A stretch of 64,000 nt of DNA from Gammaproteobacteria bacterium (GCA_963662355.1 OY759361.1:1386265-1450264); one strand, 5' to 3'; shown: positions 31,669 to 44,750, numbered from the stretch's first letter. Notes: a model not told the origin generated them from the letters alone. Program-made: numbers and translations.

Positions 31669-32043
31669 ATGGCAACTATCAACCAATTGGTGCGAAAACC
31701 ACGCAAACGCAAGGTGGAAAAGAGCAATGTTCCCGCCCTGGCTAGCTGTCCGCAAAAACGGGGAGTATGTACCCGTGTGTACACGACTACCCCCAAAAAG
31801 CCGAATTCAGCATTGCGCAAGGTTGCACGCGTGCGGCTGACCAATGGATTTGAAGTTACCAGCTATATTGGCGGTGAAGGGCACAACTTGCAGGAACACT
31901 CAGTAGTTCTCATACGAGGTGGTCGAGTAAAAGACCTGCCTGGTGTCCGCTACCATACGGTTCGGGGCAGCCTGGATACCCAGGGTGTGCAAGACCGTAT
32001 GCAGGCGCGCTCAAAATACGGCGCCAAGAAACCTAAGTCGTAG
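31669..32043 (+). CDS. rpsL: 30S ribosomal protein S12
   Basis: [13 protein letters not shown]... Confidence 0.95.
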   Translation: MATINQLVRKPRKRKVEKSNVPALASCPQKRGVCTRVYTTTPKKPNSALRKVARVRLTNGFEVTSYIGGEGHNLQEHSVVLIRGGRVKDLPGVRYHTVRGSLDTQGVQDRMQARSKYGAKKPKS

Positions 32044-32063
32044 ATCTGTATTTGTTGAAGTAG

Positions 32064-32540
<477 letters not shown>

Positions 32541-32562
32541 TGTCCAGTTCAGGGTCCTGATT

Positions 32563-34662
32563 GTGGCACGTAAGACTCCCATATCGCGTTACCGTAATGT
32601 TGGAATCATGGCACATATCGATGCCGGGAAAACCACTACTACGGAACGTATACTGTTTTATACCGGCATTTCACACAAAATTGGTGAGGTGCACGATGGT
32701 GCCGCAGTCATGGACTGGATGGAGCAAGAGCAGGAACGCGGTATCACCATTACCTCCGCTGCAACTACCTGTTTCTGGAATGGAATGGACAGCCAGTATG
32801 ACGATCACCGCATTAATATTATAGACACGCCTGGCCACGTTGACTTCACGATAGAAGTCGAGCGTTCATTACGCGTTCTGGATGGAGCCTGTGCCGTATT
32901 TTGTGCTGTAGGAGGTGTTGAGCCACAGTCAGAAACCGTATGGCGACAGGCAAACAAGTACCAGGTCCCACGTATGGCGTTTGTCAACAAGATGGATCGT
33001 ACGGGTGCAAATTTTCTGTACGTCGTGAATCAGATCAGGGAGCGGCTAGGCTCGCATGCTGTTCCCATACAACTTGCAATCGGCGCAGAAGACGGTTTCA
33101 AGGGCGTGGTCGACCTAATCGAAATGAAGGCGATTTACTGGAATGAGAGCGACATGGGCACAAGTTTTGAAAGGGGAGAAATCCCCCAGGATATGCAAGC
33201 CGAGTGCCAGAGGTGGCGGGACGAAATGATCGAGGCAGCTGCCGAGTCTTCTGAAGAAATTATGGACAGGTATCTGGAAACAGGGACGCTGTCTCAGGAG
33301 GACATTCGCAAGGGACTGCGCATGCGGACCTTGTCCAATGAAATCGTGCCTACCTTATGTGGCACGGCCTTCAAGAACAAGGGTGTGCAGGCCATGCTTG
33401 ATGCCATCATTGAGTTCATGCCTTCGCCGACTGATGTACCTGCAATTCAAGGCATCCTGGAAGACAAGGGCAATACCACTAGTGTGCGAAACTCCTCGGA
33501 TGACGAGCCGTTCGCATCCCTTGCGTTTAAAATCGCTACAGACCCGTATGTAGGCACACTTACTTTTTTCCGCGTGTATTCAGGTGTTCTGAATTCAGGC
33601 GACACGGTATATAACCCGGTTAAAGGGAAAAAGGAACGTATTGGTCGGATTCTGCAGATGCATTCAAATTCCCGTGAAGAAATCAAAGAAGTTCGTGCGG
33701 GCGACATTGCTGCTGCGGTCGGTTTAAAAGCTGTGACCACGGGTGAAACCTTATGTGATGTGAACAATGCCATTACCCTGGAGCGCATGGAATTCCCGGA
33801 GCCTGTGATTTCCGTTGCTGTTGAACCAAAAACGAAAACTGATCAGGAAAAGATGGGTATTGCCCTGCAGAAACTGGCTCGGGAAGATCCGTCATTTCGT
33901 GTGCGTACCGATGAGGAGTCTGGTCAGACAATCATTTCTGGTATGGGTGAGCTACACCTTGAAATTATTGTTGACCGTATGAAACGGGAATTCAGTGTGG
34001 CAGCCAATGTGGGTGCGCCACAGGTCTCTTATCGTGAAACCATTCGTAGAAGTATTAAACAGGAAGGCAAGTTTGTGCGTCAATCAGGTGGGCGTGGACA
34101 ATACGGGCATGTGTATCTGAGGATCGAACCACAACAACCCGGTGATGGGTTTAAATTTGCAAGTGAGATCGTAGGTGGAGTGATACCTAAAGAATATATT
34201 CCTGCCGTTGAAAAGGGGGTTAAAGAAGCCGTATACAATGGTGTAATCGCAGGCTACCCTGTTGTGGATGTTAAAGTTACTTTGTATGACGGTTCTTTTC
34301 ATGATGTGGATTCTTCCGAGATGGCATTCAAAATTGCTGGTTCCATGGCCTTTCGCGAAGGGGCCAAGCAGGCTGATCCAAAATTGCTGGAACCTGTCAT
34401 GAAAGTTGAGGTGGTAACTCCTGAAGAACACATGGGGGATGTAGTGGGTGACCTGAACCGTCGTCGCGGTATGGTAGGGGGAATGTCCGACAGTCCTTCG
34501 GGAAAGGTGATTTCTTCTGAAGTCCCGTTAGCTGAAATGTTTGGGTATGCCACTGACTTGCGTTCCGCCACACAGGGCCGGGCAACCTATTCGATGGAAT
34601 TTCATAAATACAAAGAGGTTCCGTCGAACCTGGCAGACGCAGTCATTAAAAAGAATAGCTAA
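32563..34662 (+). CDS. fusA: elongation factor G
   Basis: GTG start giving [35 protein letters not shown]. The longer ORF from 32428 overlaps the rpsG 3' end. Confidence 0.93.
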   Translation: MARKTPISRYRNVGIMAHIDAGKTTTTERILFYTGISHKIGEVHDGAAVMDWMEQEQERGITITSAATTCFWNGMDSQYDDHRINIIDTPGHVDFTIEVERSLRVLDGACAVFCAVGGVEPQSETVWRQANKYQVPRMAFVNKMDRTGANFLYVVNQIRERLGSHAVPIQLAIGAEDGFKGVVDLIEMKAIYWNESDMGTSFERGEIPQDMQAECQRWRDEMIEAAAESSEEIMDRYLETGTLSQEDIRKGLRMRTLSNEIVPTLCGTAFKNKGVQAMLDAIIEFMPSPTDVPAIQGILEDKGNTTSVRNSSDDEPFASLAFKIATDPYVGTLTFFRVYSGVLNSGDTVYNPVKGKKERIGRILQMHSNSREEIKEVRAGDIAAAVGLKAVTTGETLCDVNNAITLERMEFPEPVISVAVEPKTKTDQEKMGIALQKLAREDPSFRVRTDEESGQTIISGMGELHLEIIVDRMKREFSVAANVGAPQVSYRETIRRSIKQEGKFVRQSGGRGQYGHVYLRIEPQQPGDGFKFASEIVGGVIPKEYIPAVEKGVKEAVYNGVIAGYPVVDVKVTLYDGSFHDVDSSEMAFKIAGSMAFREGAKQADPKLLEPVMKVEVVTPEEHMGDVVGDLNRRRGMVGGMSDSPSGKVISSEVPLAEMFGYATDLRSATQGRATYSMEFHKYKEVPSNLADAVIKKNS

Positions 34663-34704
34663 ACCAAGGTATTATCATTAAGATATTTTACGAGGTAGAG
34701 AACA

Positions 34705-35895
34705 ATGTCCAAAGAGAAGTTTGAGCGTACCAAGCCGCATGTGAATGTGGGAACGATTGGTCATGTAGATCATGGCAAGACTACTTTGACGGCAGCGTTG
34801 ACCAAGGTTATGGGTGAATCCCACGGGGGTGAGTACAGGACTTATGACCAGATTGACAATGCCCCGGAGGAACGTGAACGCGGTATTACCATTGCTACGG
34901 CTCACGTAGAATATGAAAGTATCAATCGCCACTATGCTCATGTTGACTGTCCAGGTCATGCCGACTATGTAAAAAACATGATCACAGGTGCAGCCCAGAT
35001 GGACGGTGCCATTCTTGTAGTGAGTGCAGCAGACGGTCCGATGCCCCAGACACGCGAGCATATACTGCTGGCCAGGCAGGTGGGTGTCCCCCATATTCTG
35101 GTATACATGAACAAGGCCGACCAGGTGGATGATCCAGAGCTGCTTGAACTGGTTGAAATGGAAGTAAGGGACCTTCTTTCCACCTACGAGTTTCCGGGTG
35201 ACGATACACCTATCATCGTCGGTTCTGCCCTTAAGGCCCTGGAGGGGGATACATCGGAGACAGGAATTCCCTCAGTAATTAAGCTCGTAGAGCAAATGGA
35301 TGCATTCGTCCCTGAGCCGGAACGTGCCATCGACGGAGACTTTATCATGCCTGTAGAAGATGTTTTCTCGATCTCCGGACGAGGAACCGTTGTTACGGGC
35401 AGGGTCGAGCGCGGGGTTGTCAAAGTCAGTGATGAGATAGAAATTGTCGGCATTCGTGAAACTGCCACCACTATCTGCACGGGTGTTGAAATGTTTCGCA
35501 AGCTGCTTGACCAAGGCCAGGCAGGTGATAATGTGGGTGTGCTGTTACGAGGTACCAAACGAGATGAAGTTGAGCGTGGGCAGGTATTGTGCAAGCCGGG
35601 CAGTATTACCCCGCATACAAAGTTTGAGGCTGAAGTCTACATCCTCAGCAAGGAAGAAGGTGGACGGCATACTCCGTTTTTCAACGGCTACCGCCCCCAG
35701 TTCTACTTCCGTACCACCGACGTTACAGGTGCAGTCGACCTTCCCAGTGGCACTGAGATGGTAATGCCGGGGGATAACATACATATGGTGGTTTCCTTGA
35801 TTGCCCCGATTGCTATGGAAAAGGGTCTGCGTTTCGCAATTCGCGAAGGCGGGCGTACCGTAGGGGCAGGGAAAGTATCAAAGATTATTGAGTAA
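34705..35895 (+). CDS. tuf: elongation factor Tu
   Basis: [32 protein letters not shown]... Confidence 0.97.
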   Translation: MSKEKFERTKPHVNVGTIGHVDHGKTTLTAALTKVMGESHGGEYRTYDQIDNAPEERERGITIATAHVEYESINRHYAHVDCPGHADYVKNMITGAAQMDGAILVVSAADGPMPQTREHILLARQVGVPHILVYMNKADQVDDPELLELVEMEVRDLLSTYEFPGDDTPIIVGSALKALEGDTSETGIPSVIKLVEQMDAFVPEPERAIDGDFIMPVEDVFSISGRGTVVTGRVERGVVKVSDEIEIVGIRETATTICTGVEMFRKLLDQGQAGDNVGVLLRGTKRDEVERGQVLCKPGSITPHTKFEAEVYILSKEEGGRHTPFFNGYRPQFYFRTTDVTGAVDLPSGTEMVMPGDNIHMVVSLIAPIAMEKGLRFAIREGGRTVGAGKVSKIIE

Positions 35896-35925
35896 CCGGA
35901 GGCTGGTCAAACAGTAATATTCAAG

Positions 35926-36240
35926 ATGGCTACAGGACAGACAATACGGATTCGCCTGAAGGCATTTGATCACCGTTTGATAGACCGCTCTGCAAGTGAA
36001 ATTGTAGAGACAGCTAAGCGAACCGGTGCAAGGGTAAAAGGTCCTATTCCATTGCCGACAAAGAAAGAGCGTTTTACCATACTGATTTCACCGCATGTTG
36101 ACAAGAATGCCCGCGATCAATACGAGATTCGAACGCACAAGCGAATCATGGACATTGTTGAGCCTACCGATAAAACAGTGGATGCCCTGATGAAGCTAGA
36201 CTTGGCGGCTGGTGTCGATGTGCAGATTAAGCTGAGTTGA
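35926..36240 (+). CDS. rpsJ: 30S ribosomal protein S10
   Basis: [28 protein letters not shown]... Confidence 0.95.
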   Translation: MATGQTIRIRLKAFDHRLIDRSASEIVETAKRTGARVKGPIPLPTKKERFTILISPHVDKNARDQYEIRTHKRIMDIVEPTDKTVDALMKLDLAAGVDVQIKLS

Positions 36241-36349
36241 CGGTTCTGCAGTTCAGGCGGGGGGTTAAAGCAAGCGAATCTGGTAAAGACTGAGTATAAA
36301 GAAAATACTTTCCTGAAACTTTGAAATTTGGGATAATGTGGAGTTTGCT

Positions 36350-36383
36350 GCGACCCGGCATGGGGGAACCCATGCCGGGTCGC
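36350..36383 (+). promoter_or_regulatory. perfect 15-bp GC-rich hairpin (GCGACCCGGCATGGG-GGAA-CCCATGCCGGGTCGC) in the rpsJ-rplC spacer
   Basis: Inverted repeat with a GGAA tetraloop read directly from the sequence. No downstream T-tract. Confidence 0.5.
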
Positions 36384-36437
36384 GGTTATCCGGAGAGGTA
36401 AAACTCTTGTTCACTTTGAATCGTATGTAGTGCAGAT

Positions 36438-37142
36438 ATGGCTTTAGGACTTGTTGGAAAAAAAGTTGGCATGACGCGTGTTTTCACGGAAGCGGGTGAG
36501 TCTGTTTCCGTTACAGTTCTGCACATGCCCTGCAACCGGGTCACACTGGTTCGTCGGCATGAAGTTGATGGCTATGATGCGATACAGGTGACCTACGGCG
36601 CCAAGAAAGCCTCAGGTATTAACAGGCCTGCATCTGGCCATTTTGCAAAGGCAGGCGTTCAGGCTGGAAGGGGTTTACGCGAATTCAGGTCAGAGAAGGA
36701 ACAGCTGGAAGCCTTTGATGTTGGATCGGAGCTAGGTGTTGGGTTGTTTTCTGTTGGTCAGAAAGTTTCTGTATCTGGTGTGTCAAAAGGCAAGGGTTTT
36801 GCAGGTTCTGTCAAGCGCCACAACTTTCGAATGCAAGATGCAACGCACGGGAACTCCATATCGCATCGTGCACTGGGTTCTACAGGACAGTGCCAGGATC
36901 CTGGCCATGTATTCAAGGGAAAGAAAATGGCAGGCCAAATGGGCGGAGTACGTGTGACAACGAAAAATTTAAAAATTGTACAGGTCGATGAAGGGAAAAA
37001 CCTGCTTTTGATAAAAGGTTCAGTACCAGGGGCCACAGGCGGGGATGTGGTAGTACGTCCTGCTCATGCCAGTGAAGTCAATATTCCTGATCAGGGGAAG
37101 CTTGCGGATTCTGCAGAAGAACCTGGTGCAAATGAAGCCTAG
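36438..37142 (+). CDS. rplC: 50S ribosomal protein L3 (about 25-aa C-terminal extension)
   Basis: [23 protein letters not shown]... Confidence 0.93.
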   Translation: MALGLVGKKVGMTRVFTEAGESVSVTVLHMPCNRVTLVRRHEVDGYDAIQVTYGAKKASGINRPASGHFAKAGVQAGRGLREFRSEKEQLEAFDVGSELGVGLFSVGQKVSVSGVSKGKGFAGSVKRHNFRMQDATHGNSISHRALGSTGQCQDPGHVFKGKKMAGQMGGVRVTTKNLKIVQVDEGKNLLLIKGSVPGATGGDVVVRPAHASEVNIPDQGKLADSAEEPGANEA

Positions 37143-37155
37143 TGGTGATTGAAGC

Positions 37156-37761
37156 ATGGAACTCGCGGTATTCAATACAAAATCCACGGTAACGGTATCG
37201 GACGATATCTTTGCAAGGAGTTTCAATGAGCCTCTGGTCCATCAGGCCGTGACTGCATATCTTGCCGGTGCTCGCAGTGGAACCAAGGCAAATAAAAGCC
37301 GGAGTGACGTCAGGGGAGGTGGTGCCAAACCATGGCGACAAAAGGGAACAGGCCGTGCACGTGCAGGTACATCCAGCAGCCCCTTATGGCGTTCCGGTGG
37401 AGTGACCTTTGCGGCGAGACCACGCAAGCACAAACAAAAGCTGAACAAAAAAATGGTCCGTGCGGCCTATGCCAGCATGTTCTCAGAGTTGGTTCGCCAG
37501 AAATGCTTGCACGTTGTCGAAGCATTTACAGTAACCGAGCCTAGCACCAAGCAGGCCCTGGAGCAGTTGGAAAATCTAGAAGTTGTATCCGCATTGATTA
37601 TTACAGAAGAAGCCGATAAAAATTTGTATCTCTCTGTACGCAATCTTCCATATGTTGATGTTGCAGAGGTGGGTGGACTGGATCCTGTCAGCCTGTTTAA
37701 GTTCCGGCATGTGATCGTCACCAGGAGTGCGCTGCAGGCAATTGAAAAGTGGCTGCAATGA
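37156..37761 (+). CDS. rplD: 50S ribosomal protein L4
   Basis: [11 protein letters not shown]...[18 protein letters not shown]. Confidence 0.95.
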   Translation: MELAVFNTKSTVTVSDDIFARSFNEPLVHQAVTAYLAGARSGTKANKSRSDVRGGGAKPWRQKGTGRARAGTSSSPLWRSGGVTFAARPRKHKQKLNKKMVRAAYASMFSELVRQKCLHVVEAFTVTEPSTKQALEQLENLEVVSALIITEEADKNLYLSVRNLPYVDVAEVGGLDPVSLFKFRHVIVTRSALQAIEKWLQ

Positions 37762-38054
37762 ATGAGGAACGTATCATGTCTGTTCTGTTGTCTCCTCATG
37801 TCTCTGAGAAGTCGGCTCTGAGTGCTGACAAGAACAACCAGCATGTGTTCCGTGTCATACGTGATGCCAAAAAAAGTGAAATCAAACAGGCTGTAGAGAA
37901 ACTGTTTGATGTGAAGGTGGCTGAGGTCAACACGATCAGCATGAAGGGCAAGCGCAAGAATTTTGGTAAACGACCAGGCAAGCGTTCTGATTGGAAAAAA
38001 GCGGTAGTCACCCTGGAATCAGGAAATGATATCAATTTTGGCGGGTTTAGCTAA
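37758..38054 (+). CDS. rplW: 50S ribosomal protein L23
   Basis: The ATG overlaps the rplD stop (ATGA). [18 protein letters not shown] aligns with the E. coli L23 N-terminus. Confidence 0.9.
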   Translation: MNEERIMSVLLSPHVSEKSALSADKNNQHVFRVIRDAKKSEIKQAVEKLFDVKVAEVNTISMKGKRKNFGKRPGKRSDWKKAVVTLESGNDINFGGFS

Positions 38055-38069
38055 CAACATGAATTCGTT

Positions 38070-38897
38070 ATGGCAGTCGTAAAAGCAAAGCCCACATCAG
38101 CCGGTCGACGTTTCACTGTGCAGGTTACGACACCTGGTCTGCACAAGGGTGGGCCCTGTAAATCTCTATTGCGTGATAAAGGCAGTCGTGGCGGGCGCAA
38201 TAATGCTGGTCGTATCACTACACGGCATCGGGGTGGTGGGCACAAGCGGCGATATCGGGTAATCGATTTCAAACGTGATAAAGATGATATTTCTGCACAG
38301 GTGGAAAGAATTGAATATGACCCGAACCGCAGTGCGAATATAGCGTTACTCAAGTACTCTGATGGAGAACGGCGCTACATTATTGCACCCAGAAGCCTGG
38401 AGTCGTCCAGCCAGGTTATTTCAGGCAAGCAGGTGCCAATTAAAGTCGGTAATACACTACCGTTGCGAAGCATTCCAGTGGGAACTGTAGTGCACTGTAT
38501 AGAAATGAAGCCAGGAAAAGGGGCACAGATAGGGCGCAGTGCAGGCGCTGCAATTCAGATTGTTGCGCGCGAGGGCAATTATGCCACATTGCGTTTACGC
38601 TCGGGTGAAACACGCAAGGTGCTCCTGGACTGCCGTGCAACGATAGGGGAAGTTGGTAACAGTGAGCACAACTTGCGTAAGCTCGGAAAGGCTGGTGCAA
38701 AACGCTGGCGTGGCATCCGTCCAACGGTCCGAGGGGTGGCCATGAATCCAGTGGATCATCCGCATGGCGGTGGTGAGGGTCGTACTTCTGGTGGACGTCA
38801 TCCTGTATCACCATGGGCAATGCCAACCAAAGGGTTTAAAACCAGGAAGAATCATCGTACAGACCGACTGATTGTACGACGAAGAAACAAAAGATAA
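38070..38897 (+). CDS. rplB: 50S ribosomal protein L2
   Basis: [15 protein letters not shown]... Confidence 0.96.
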   Translation: MAVVKAKPTSAGRRFTVQVTTPGLHKGGPCKSLLRDKGSRGGRNNAGRITTRHRGGGHKRRYRVIDFKRDKDDISAQVERIEYDPNRSANIALLKYSDGERRYIIAPRSLESSSQVISGKQVPIKVGNTLPLRSIPVGTVVHCIEMKPGKGAQIGRSAGAAIQIVAREGNYATLRLRSGETRKVLLDCRATIGEVGNSEHNLRKLGKAGAKRWRGIRPTVRGVAMNPVDHPHGGGEGRTSGGRHPVSPWAMPTKGFKTRKNHRTDRLIVRRRNKR

Positions 38898-38929
38898 ATT
38901 GACGGTTTTTGATTAAGAGAGTTCTCCGA

Positions 38930-39202
38930 ATGCCAAGATCATTACGTAAGGGCCCGTTTGTCGATCACCATTTGATGAGAAAGGTGGAAAAGGCAGTGGC
39001 TAACAATGATCGCAAGCCCATCAAGACATGGTCTCGACGGTCTTTTGTTGTACCGGAGATGGTAGGTGTCACTATCGCTGTGCATAATGGCCGCCAACAC
39101 GTGCCCATACTAATCAATGAAAACATGGTAGGTCATAAGCTTGGAGAATTTGCTGTGACCCGGACTTTCAAGGGTCATTCGGGAGATCGAAAGGCAAGAT
39201 AG
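38930..39202 (+). CDS. rpsS: 30S ribosomal protein S19
   Basis: [22 protein letters not shown]... with RBS AAGAGAG about 7 nt upstream. The TTG at 38909 in the ORF track is probably not the start. Confidence 0.92.
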   Translation: MPRSLRKGPFVDHHLMRKVEKAVANNDRKPIKTWSRRSFVVPEMVGVTIAVHNGRQHVPILINENMVGHKLGEFAVTRTFKGHSGDRKAR

Positions 39203-39204
39203 CG

Positions 39205-39537
39205 ATGCAGGTTTCGGCAAAACTCACTTTTATTCGCGTTACCCCGCGAAAGGCAAGACTTGTTGCGGACCAGATACGCGGCAAGGCTGTCGATAGGGCT
39301 CTGGAGATCTTGACGTTCAGCCCCAAGAAGGCAGCAAGAATTGTCAAGAGGGTATTGGAGTCTGCCATTGCAAATGCAGAGCATAATGAAGGTGCAGATA
39401 TCGATGAACTGAAGGTTGAAAAAATATTTGTTGATGATGGTGCGACACATCGCCGTTTTCGGGCTCGTGCAAAAGGCCGTGCTGCACCTATCTTGAAGCG
39501 TACAAGTCATATCACTGTAGTAGTCAGTGACAGTTAG
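39205..39537 (+). CDS. rplV: 50S ribosomal protein L22
   Basis: [27 protein letters not shown]... Confidence 0.95.
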   Translation: MQVSAKLTFIRVTPRKARLVADQIRGKAVDRALEILTFSPKKAARIVKRVLESAIANAEHNEGADIDELKVEKIFVDDGATHRRFRARAKGRAAPILKRTSHITVVVSDS

Positions 39538-39634
39538 CATGTACGTATGCTGCTAGAGTAAGGGCGGCTATTGGTTGTGAAATACATGTATAGAATCATT
39601 TAATCTGAATTGAATAGGAACTGACTAACAGATC

Positions 39635-40309
39635 ATGGGGCAAAAAGTACATCCGACGGGACTGCGTTTGGGAATTTCTACTGACTGGACTTCCAAGTGG
39701 TATGCCGATGGCCGCGATTATGCAGAATTTCTGAGCAGCGACTTGGAGATTCGGGACTATTTAAAGAAAAAACTTTCGCAGGCTTCAGTTAGCAGGATAC
39801 AGATTAACCGACCTGCGCGTGCAGCATTCATCACGATACACACTGCGCGTCCAGGAATAGTGATTGGTAAAAAGGGAGAAGATATTGAGGCTCTGCGTCA
39901 GGAAGTTGCACGGCGAACTGGATTGAGTGTGAACAATGTAAAAATTAATATTGAAGAGATACGCAAGCCGGAAATTGATTCACAGCTTGTTGCAGAGAGT
40001 ATTGCGCAACAACTGGAGCGACGCATTACATTTCGCCGTGCCATGAAACGGGCGGTTGGCAATGCAATGCGTTTGGGAGCGTTAGGTGTGAAAGTAAATG
40101 TTGCAGGTCGTCTGAATGGTGCAGAAATTGCCCGCAGTGAGTGGTACCGTGAAGGAAGGGTACCTCTGCATACATTACGCGCCAATATAGACTACGGCTT
40201 TGCTGAGGCAAAAACCACCTATGGAATCATTGGTGTCAAGACCTGGATTTACAAGGGTGATGTATTCGGTCTCGGTTCGAAGGCAACAGAAGACGCATCG
40301 GAACGTTAG
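39635..40309 (+). CDS. rpsC: 30S ribosomal protein S3
   Basis: [14 protein letters not shown]... Confidence 0.96.
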   Translation: MGQKVHPTGLRLGISTDWTSKWYADGRDYAEFLSSDLEIRDYLKKKLSQASVSRIQINRPARAAFITIHTARPGIVIGKKGEDIEALRQEVARRTGLSVNNVKINIEEIRKPEIDSQLVAESIAQQLERRITFRRAMKRAVGNAMRLGALGVKVNVAGRLNGAEIARSEWYREGRVPLHTLRANIDYGFAEAKTTYGIIGVKTWIYKGDVFGLGSKATEDASER

Positions 40310-40344
40310 GCCGTGTCAATTTAAAATCTTTATTGTAAATCAAT

Positions 40345-40758
40345 ATGTTACAGCCAAGACGTACTAAGTTCCGTAAGCAGCATAAGGGTCGCAATCGCGG
40401 GCTGGCGTTAAATGGCAATAAGGTCAGTTTCGGTGAATATGGGCTGAAAGCTGTAACCAGAGGACGTATAACAGCTCGACAGATTGAAGCTGCACGTCGA
40501 GCCATGACACGTCATGTGAAACGAGGGGGAAAAATTTGGATTCGCATGTTCCCTGATGTGCCGGTTACCAAAAAACCTCTGGAAGTGCGGCAGGGTAAGG
40601 GTAAAGGTAATGTTGAATACTGGGTTGCTAAGGTGCAACCAGGCAAGGTGCTATACGAGATGGAGGGTGTGGATGAGAAAATTGCCCGAGAAGCATTTCG
40701 TCTGGCAGATGCCAAATTGCCTATCCGAACCGCTTTCGTTTCCCGCAGTGTAATGTAA
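40345..40758 (+). CDS. rplP: 50S ribosomal protein L16
   Basis: [19 protein letters not shown]... Confidence 0.96.
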   Translation: MLQPRRTKFRKQHKGRNRGLALNGNKVSFGEYGLKAVTRGRITARQIEAARRAMTRHVKRGGKIWIRMFPDVPVTKKPLEVRQGKGKGNVEYWVAKVQPGKVLYEMEGVDEKIAREAFRLADAKLPIRTAFVSRSVM

Positions 40759-40766
40759 TTCAGATT

Positions 40767-40982
40767 ATGACGACAGAAGAGCTACGCAGCAAAACCATTG
40801 AAGAGCTCAATCAGGAACTGCTTGATTTGCGTAAAGAGCAATTTAACCTGCGCATGCAGTCAGGTGTAGGCCAGATGACTCGGGTGCATCAGTTTAAAGT
40901 GAACAAGAGAAATATTGCCCGGGTTAAGACGATTATGAATGAAAGGTTGGCACAGAGTTCCATAGGGGGTTCGGATGACTGA
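40767..40982 (+). CDS. rpmC: 50S ribosomal protein L29
   Basis: [31 protein letters not shown]... Its C-terminal tail overlaps the rpsQ start by 8 nt. Confidence 0.9.
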   Translation: MTTEELRSKTIEELNQELLDLRKEQFNLRMQSGVGQMTRVHQFKVNKRNIARVKTIMNERLAQSSIGGSDD

Positions 40983-41247
40983 GATCGATAAGAAAGTTCG
41001 TACCCTGTATGGCAAGGTAGTAAGCGACAAGATGGACAAGACTGCGGTTGTAATGCTGGAACGTCTGGTTAAGCACCCGCTGTATGAAAAGTACATCCGG
41101 CGTTCTACAAAATTACACGTGCATGATGAACATAATGAGTGCGCAGTTGGCGATAAAGTATCGATTCAGGAGTGTCGCCCTGTTTCTAAAATGAAATCAT
41201 GGCGGTTGGTTGAAGTTATCAAACGTGGCGTAGAGACCCAGGTTTAA
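40975..41247 (+). CDS. rpsQ: 30S ribosomal protein S17
   Basis: [26 protein letters not shown]... Confidence 0.95.
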   Translation: MTEIDKKVRTLYGKVVSDKMDKTAVVMLERLVKHPLYEKYIRRSTKLHVHDEHNECAVGDKVSIQECRPVSKMKSWRLVEVIKRGVETQV

Positions 41248-41257
41248 TGAGGCCCCT

Positions 41258-41626
41258 ATGATTCAGATGCAAACCATGCTGGGAGTAGCAGATAACAGCG
41301 GAGCACGCAAGTTGCAGTGCATCAAGGTGCTGGGCGGGTCACAGCGTCGCTATGCTGGGATAGGTGACATAATCAAGGTGAGCGTTAAAGATGCAATTCC
41401 ACGAGGCAAGGTTAAGAAAGGCGAAGTGTATAACGCGGTGGTAGTACGAACGGCCAAGGGTATACGGCGTCCTGACGGGTCCCTGATTCGATTCGATAGC
41501 AATGCTGCAGTATTGCTGAATAGCCAGTTGCAGCCTGTGGGTACCCGTATATTTGGGCCTGTGACACGTGAACTGCGTACAGAACGTTTTATGAAAATCA
41601 TATCCTTGGCACCGGAAGTATTGTAA
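41258..41626 (+). CDS. rplN: 50S ribosomal protein L14
   Basis: [27 protein letters not shown]... Confidence 0.96.
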   Translation: MIQMQTMLGVADNSGARKLQCIKVLGGSQRRYAGIGDIIKVSVKDAIPRGKVKKGEVYNAVVVRTAKGIRRPDGSLIRFDSNAAVLLNSQLQPVGTRIFGPVTRELRTERFMKIISLAPEVL

Positions 41627-41686
41627 TCCGGAAATTTATTTGGGGGCGATCTGACAAAGCAAGAAAGCTTGCTCGATCTGATAGAA

Positions 41687-42004
41687 ATGCAAAGAATCCG
41701 CAGAGGTGATGACGTGATAGTGACTGCTGGCAAGGACAAGGGCCGGCGAGGAACGGTATTGAAAGTGGTTGATGATGAGCGCGTGGTGGTTGAAAGCATA
41801 AACATTGTAAAAAAACATCAGAAGCCCAACCCGAATGCAGGAGTTTCAGGGGGAATCAATGAGCAGGAGATGCCAATTCATGTTTCCAATGTGATGCTTT
41901 TCAATCCTGCTACGAACAAGGGAGACAGGGTCGGGTTTAAAACTCTGGAAGACAACAAAAAGGTCCGTTACTTCAAGTCCAATGGTGAAGTGATAGATAT
42001 TTAA
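41687..42004 (+). CDS. rplX: 50S ribosomal protein L24
   Basis: The ATG giving [22 protein letters not shown] aligns with the E. coli L24 N-terminus. The TTG at 41669 is an upstream alternative. Confidence 0.88.
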   Translation: MQRIRRGDDVIVTAGKDKGRRGTVLKVVDDERVVVESINIVKKHQKPNPNAGVSGGINEQEMPIHVSNVMLFNPATNKGDRVGFKTLEDNKKVRYFKSNGEVIDI

Positions 42005-42013
42005 GAGAATCAT

Positions 42014-42553
42014 ATGCCGCGGCTCCAAGATTATTATTTGAACACCGTTCGCAAGCAACTTATGGAAAAGCTTGGGTACAGGAATACCATGCAGGTGCCG
42101 TGCATTGAAAAGATCACGCTGAATATTGGCGTTGGTGAGGCAGCGCGTGATAAGAAAACCATCAAGGAAGTGGTTGCGGATATGGAGAAAATTGCAGGGC
42201 AAAAGGTCATTGTGACCAATGCAAGAAAGTCAATAGCCGGGTTCAGCATCCGTGAGAATTTTCCCATTGGCTGTAAAGTGACACTTCGCAGAACACGCAT
42301 GTATGAATTCCTAGATCGTTTGATCAATATTGCCATCCCGCGTATACGGGATTTTCGCGGCATGAATCCTAAGTCGTTCGATGGGCGTGGTAACTACAGT
42401 CTGGGAATTACTGAACAGATTATTTTCCCAGAAATTGACTACGACAAAATTGATGCTATTCGTGGAATGGATATCGCGATTACTACGTCGGCTAGAACAG
42501 ATCCGGAGGCCAATGCTTTGCTGGAAGCCTTCAGTTTCCCATTCAAGAAGTAG
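42014..42553 (+). CDS. rplE: 50S ribosomal protein L5
   Basis: [22 protein letters not shown]... Confidence 0.95.
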   Translation: MPRLQDYYLNTVRKQLMEKLGYRNTMQVPCIEKITLNIGVGEAARDKKTIKEVVADMEKIAGQKVIVTNARKSIAGFSIRENFPIGCKVTLRRTRMYEFLDRLINIAIPRIRDFRGMNPKSFDGRGNYSLGITEQIIFPEIDYDKIDAIRGMDIAITTSARTDPEANALLEAFSFPFKK

Positions 42554-42567
42554 AGAGTAGGCAGTAC

Positions 42568-42873
42568 ATGGCAAAGTTATCGATGATTGAGAAGGAAAAA
42601 AAACGCAATAAGGTTGTGCGCCGCTGTCTGGACAAGCGGTCCAGGCTAAAGGCCGTTATCAAGAGTCCAACAACCAGTTACGAAGAAAAACAGGAAGCCA
42701 TGCTGCAATTACAGAAATTACCAAGGAATGCCAGCCCCGTGCGGCTGCGCAACCGATGCAGTATCACGGGTCGCCCGAAGGGGTATTACCGCAAATTTGG
42801 CCTGGGGCGAAATAAATTGCGTGAGGCAGCGATGCGGGGCGATATTCCTGGTCTGGTAAAAGCCAGTTGGTAA
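42568..42873 (+). CDS. rpsN: 30S ribosomal protein S14
   Basis: [13 protein letters not shown]...W. 101-aa S14. Confidence 0.95.
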   Translation: MAKLSMIEKEKKRNKVVRRCLDKRSRLKAVIKSPTTSYEEKQEAMLQLQKLPRNASPVRLRNRCSITGRPKGYYRKFGLGRNKLREAAMRGDIPGLVKASW

Positions 42874-42909
42874 TGGCCGTACTGAAAACTAAGAGAATCA
42901 GGCAAACCC

Positions 42910-43305
42910 ATGAGTATGAATGACCCAATTTCCGATATGCTGACACGTATTCGTAACGGCCAGAGTGCCAGGAAAGTAACCGTTACAATGCCTTCTTCCA
43001 GTCTGAAAGTTGCGATTGCAGGAGTGCTCAAGGAAGAGGGCTTTATTGAGGATTGTACTGTGAACAAAGCGCAGTCCAAAGTGGAACTTACAATACGACT
43101 GAAATACTACATGGGCAAGCCAGTTATTACCCGGCTCAACCGGGTAAGCAGACCCGGCTTACGCAAGTACAAAGGTGTGGATGATTTGCCGAAGGTTATT
43201 GGCGGTATGGGCATTGCAGTGATTTCAACGTCAAAAGGTGTCATGACTGATCGGGCTGCCCGGGCTGCTGGTCATGGCGGTGAAGTGTTATGCACAATTG
43301 AATAA
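42910..43305 (+). CDS. rpsH: 30S ribosomal protein S8
   Basis: [20 protein letters not shown]... Confidence 0.96.
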   Translation: MSMNDPISDMLTRIRNGQSARKVTVTMPSSSLKVAIAGVLKEEGFIEDCTVNKAQSKVELTIRLKYYMGKPVITRLNRVSRPGLRKYKGVDDLPKVIGGMGIAVISTSKGVMTDRAARAAGHGGEVLCTIE

Positions 43306-43328
43306 GCATCAATATATTTGAGTACAGT

Positions 43329-43856
43329 ATGTCGCGTATCGCAAGACAACCAGTTGAAATTCCATCAGGTGTAGATGTGGAGCTAAATGGCTGCCATCTC
43401 GTAGCAAAAGGACCTGTTGGGGAAATGGCTATGGACATTCACCGTGATGTCAGTGTCGAGCAGAAAGACAACCAGGTTCGTGTCTTGTTAAATAGGACTG
43501 GAAATATTGCTATGGCAGGTACCATGCGTGCATTGATCCAGAATCTGGTTACGGGTGTGAACAAGGGGTTTGAGCGCAGGTTGGAACTTGTGGGAGTAGG
43601 CTATCGTGCTCAATCAAAAGGCAGGGTGCTTAAGCTGACCTTGGGATTTTCTCATGCGATTAATTACCCCGTGCCTGAAGGGATTAATGTAGAAACACCT
43701 AGCCAGACTGAAGTGGTGATAAAGGGAATTGATAAACAAAAAGTAGGGCAGGTTGCCGCGGAAATTCGTGCTTTTCGCCCGCCTGAGCCTTATAAGGGAA
43801 AGGGCGTTAGATATGCAGATGAAAGAGTTATTCGTAAAGAAGCAAAGAAAAAATAA
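43329..43856 (+). CDS. rplF: 50S ribosomal protein L6
   Basis: MSRIARQPVEIPSGVDVELNG... Confidence 0.95.
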   Translation: MSRIARQPVEIPSGVDVELNGCHLVAKGPVGEMAMDIHRDVSVEQKDNQVRVLLNRTGNIAMAGTMRALIQNLVTGVNKGFERRLELVGVGYRAQSKGRVLKLTLGFSHAINYPVPEGINVETPSQTEVVIKGIDKQKVGQVAAEIRAFRPPEPYKGKGVRYADERVIRKEAKKK

Positions 43857-43869
43857 TTGATTTGCAGAT

Positions 43870-44223
43870 ATGGGCAATACAACATCAAGGGTGCGGCGGG
43901 CACGTAAGACACGCAGCAAAATTGCTGAGTTGAAAGCGCATCGTTTATGCGTACACCGCACGCTCAGACACACCTATGCACAGATTATTTCACCCGGTGC
44001 AGGGGTAACCGTAGCACATGCTTCTTCACTGGAGCCCGAAGTACGCAAGATGGTGAAGTATACCGGTAATGTTGAGGCTGCCAAAGAAGTTGGGAAAGTT
44101 GTGGCAGTGCGTGCACAGGAGAGAGGTGTGACAAAGGTAGCCTTCGACCGTTCAGGGTTTAAGTATCATGGGCGAGTCAAGGCATTGGCCGATGCTGCTC
44201 GCGAAGCAGGATTGAAATTTTAA
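43870..44223 (+). CDS. rplR: 50S ribosomal protein L18
   Basis: ...[26 protein letters not shown]. Confidence 0.95.
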   Translation: MGNTTSRVRRARKTRSKIAELKAHRLCVHRTLRHTYAQIISPGAGVTVAHASSLEPEVRKMVKYTGNVEAAKEVGKVVAVRAQERGVTKVAFDRSGFKYHGRVKALADAAREAGLKF

Positions 44224-44243
44224 CAGCAGGTAGTCAAATTCCG

Positions 44244-44750
44244 ATGGCAGCAAAAGAACCCGCAAGAATATCCGATGGTCTTGAAGAGAGACTGGTTGCA
44301 GTAAATCGGGTTGCAAAGGTAGTAAAGGGCGGACGTCAGTTTGGGTTTACCGCATTGACCGTTGTTGGAGACGGCAATGGCAAAGTCGGTATCGGCTATG
44401 GTAAAGCCCGTGAAGTACCCCTGGCAATACGAAAAGCCATGGAAAAGGCACGTAAGGATTTGCAGTATGTGCCACTCAAAGACGGGACATTATTTTACCC
44501 GGTCATTGGGCGCCACGGGGCTGCAAAAATCTTCATGCAGCCGGCATCCGTTGGTACAGGTATCATCGCAGGGGGTGCCATGCGAGCTGTATTTGAAGTC
44601 GTTGGCATTAAAAATATATTGTCCAAGTGCATTGGTTCAAAGAACCCGATCAACGTTGTACAGGCTACTGTAAATACACTTTGCTCCATGCAGGACCCTG
44701 ATTACATAGCTGCAAAACGTGGCAAGACCATAGAAGAAATCCTGTCATAA
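44244..44750 (+). CDS. rpsE: 30S ribosomal protein S5
   Basis: ...[36 protein letters not shown]... Confidence 0.96.
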   Translation: MAAKEPARISDGLEERLVAVNRVAKVVKGGRQFGFTALTVVGDGNGKVGIGYGKAREVPLAIRKAMEKARKDLQYVPLKDGTLFYPVIGRHGAAKIFMQPASVGTGIIAGGAMRAVFEVVGIKNILSKCIGSKNPINVVQATVNTLCSMQDPDYIAAKRGKTIEEILS

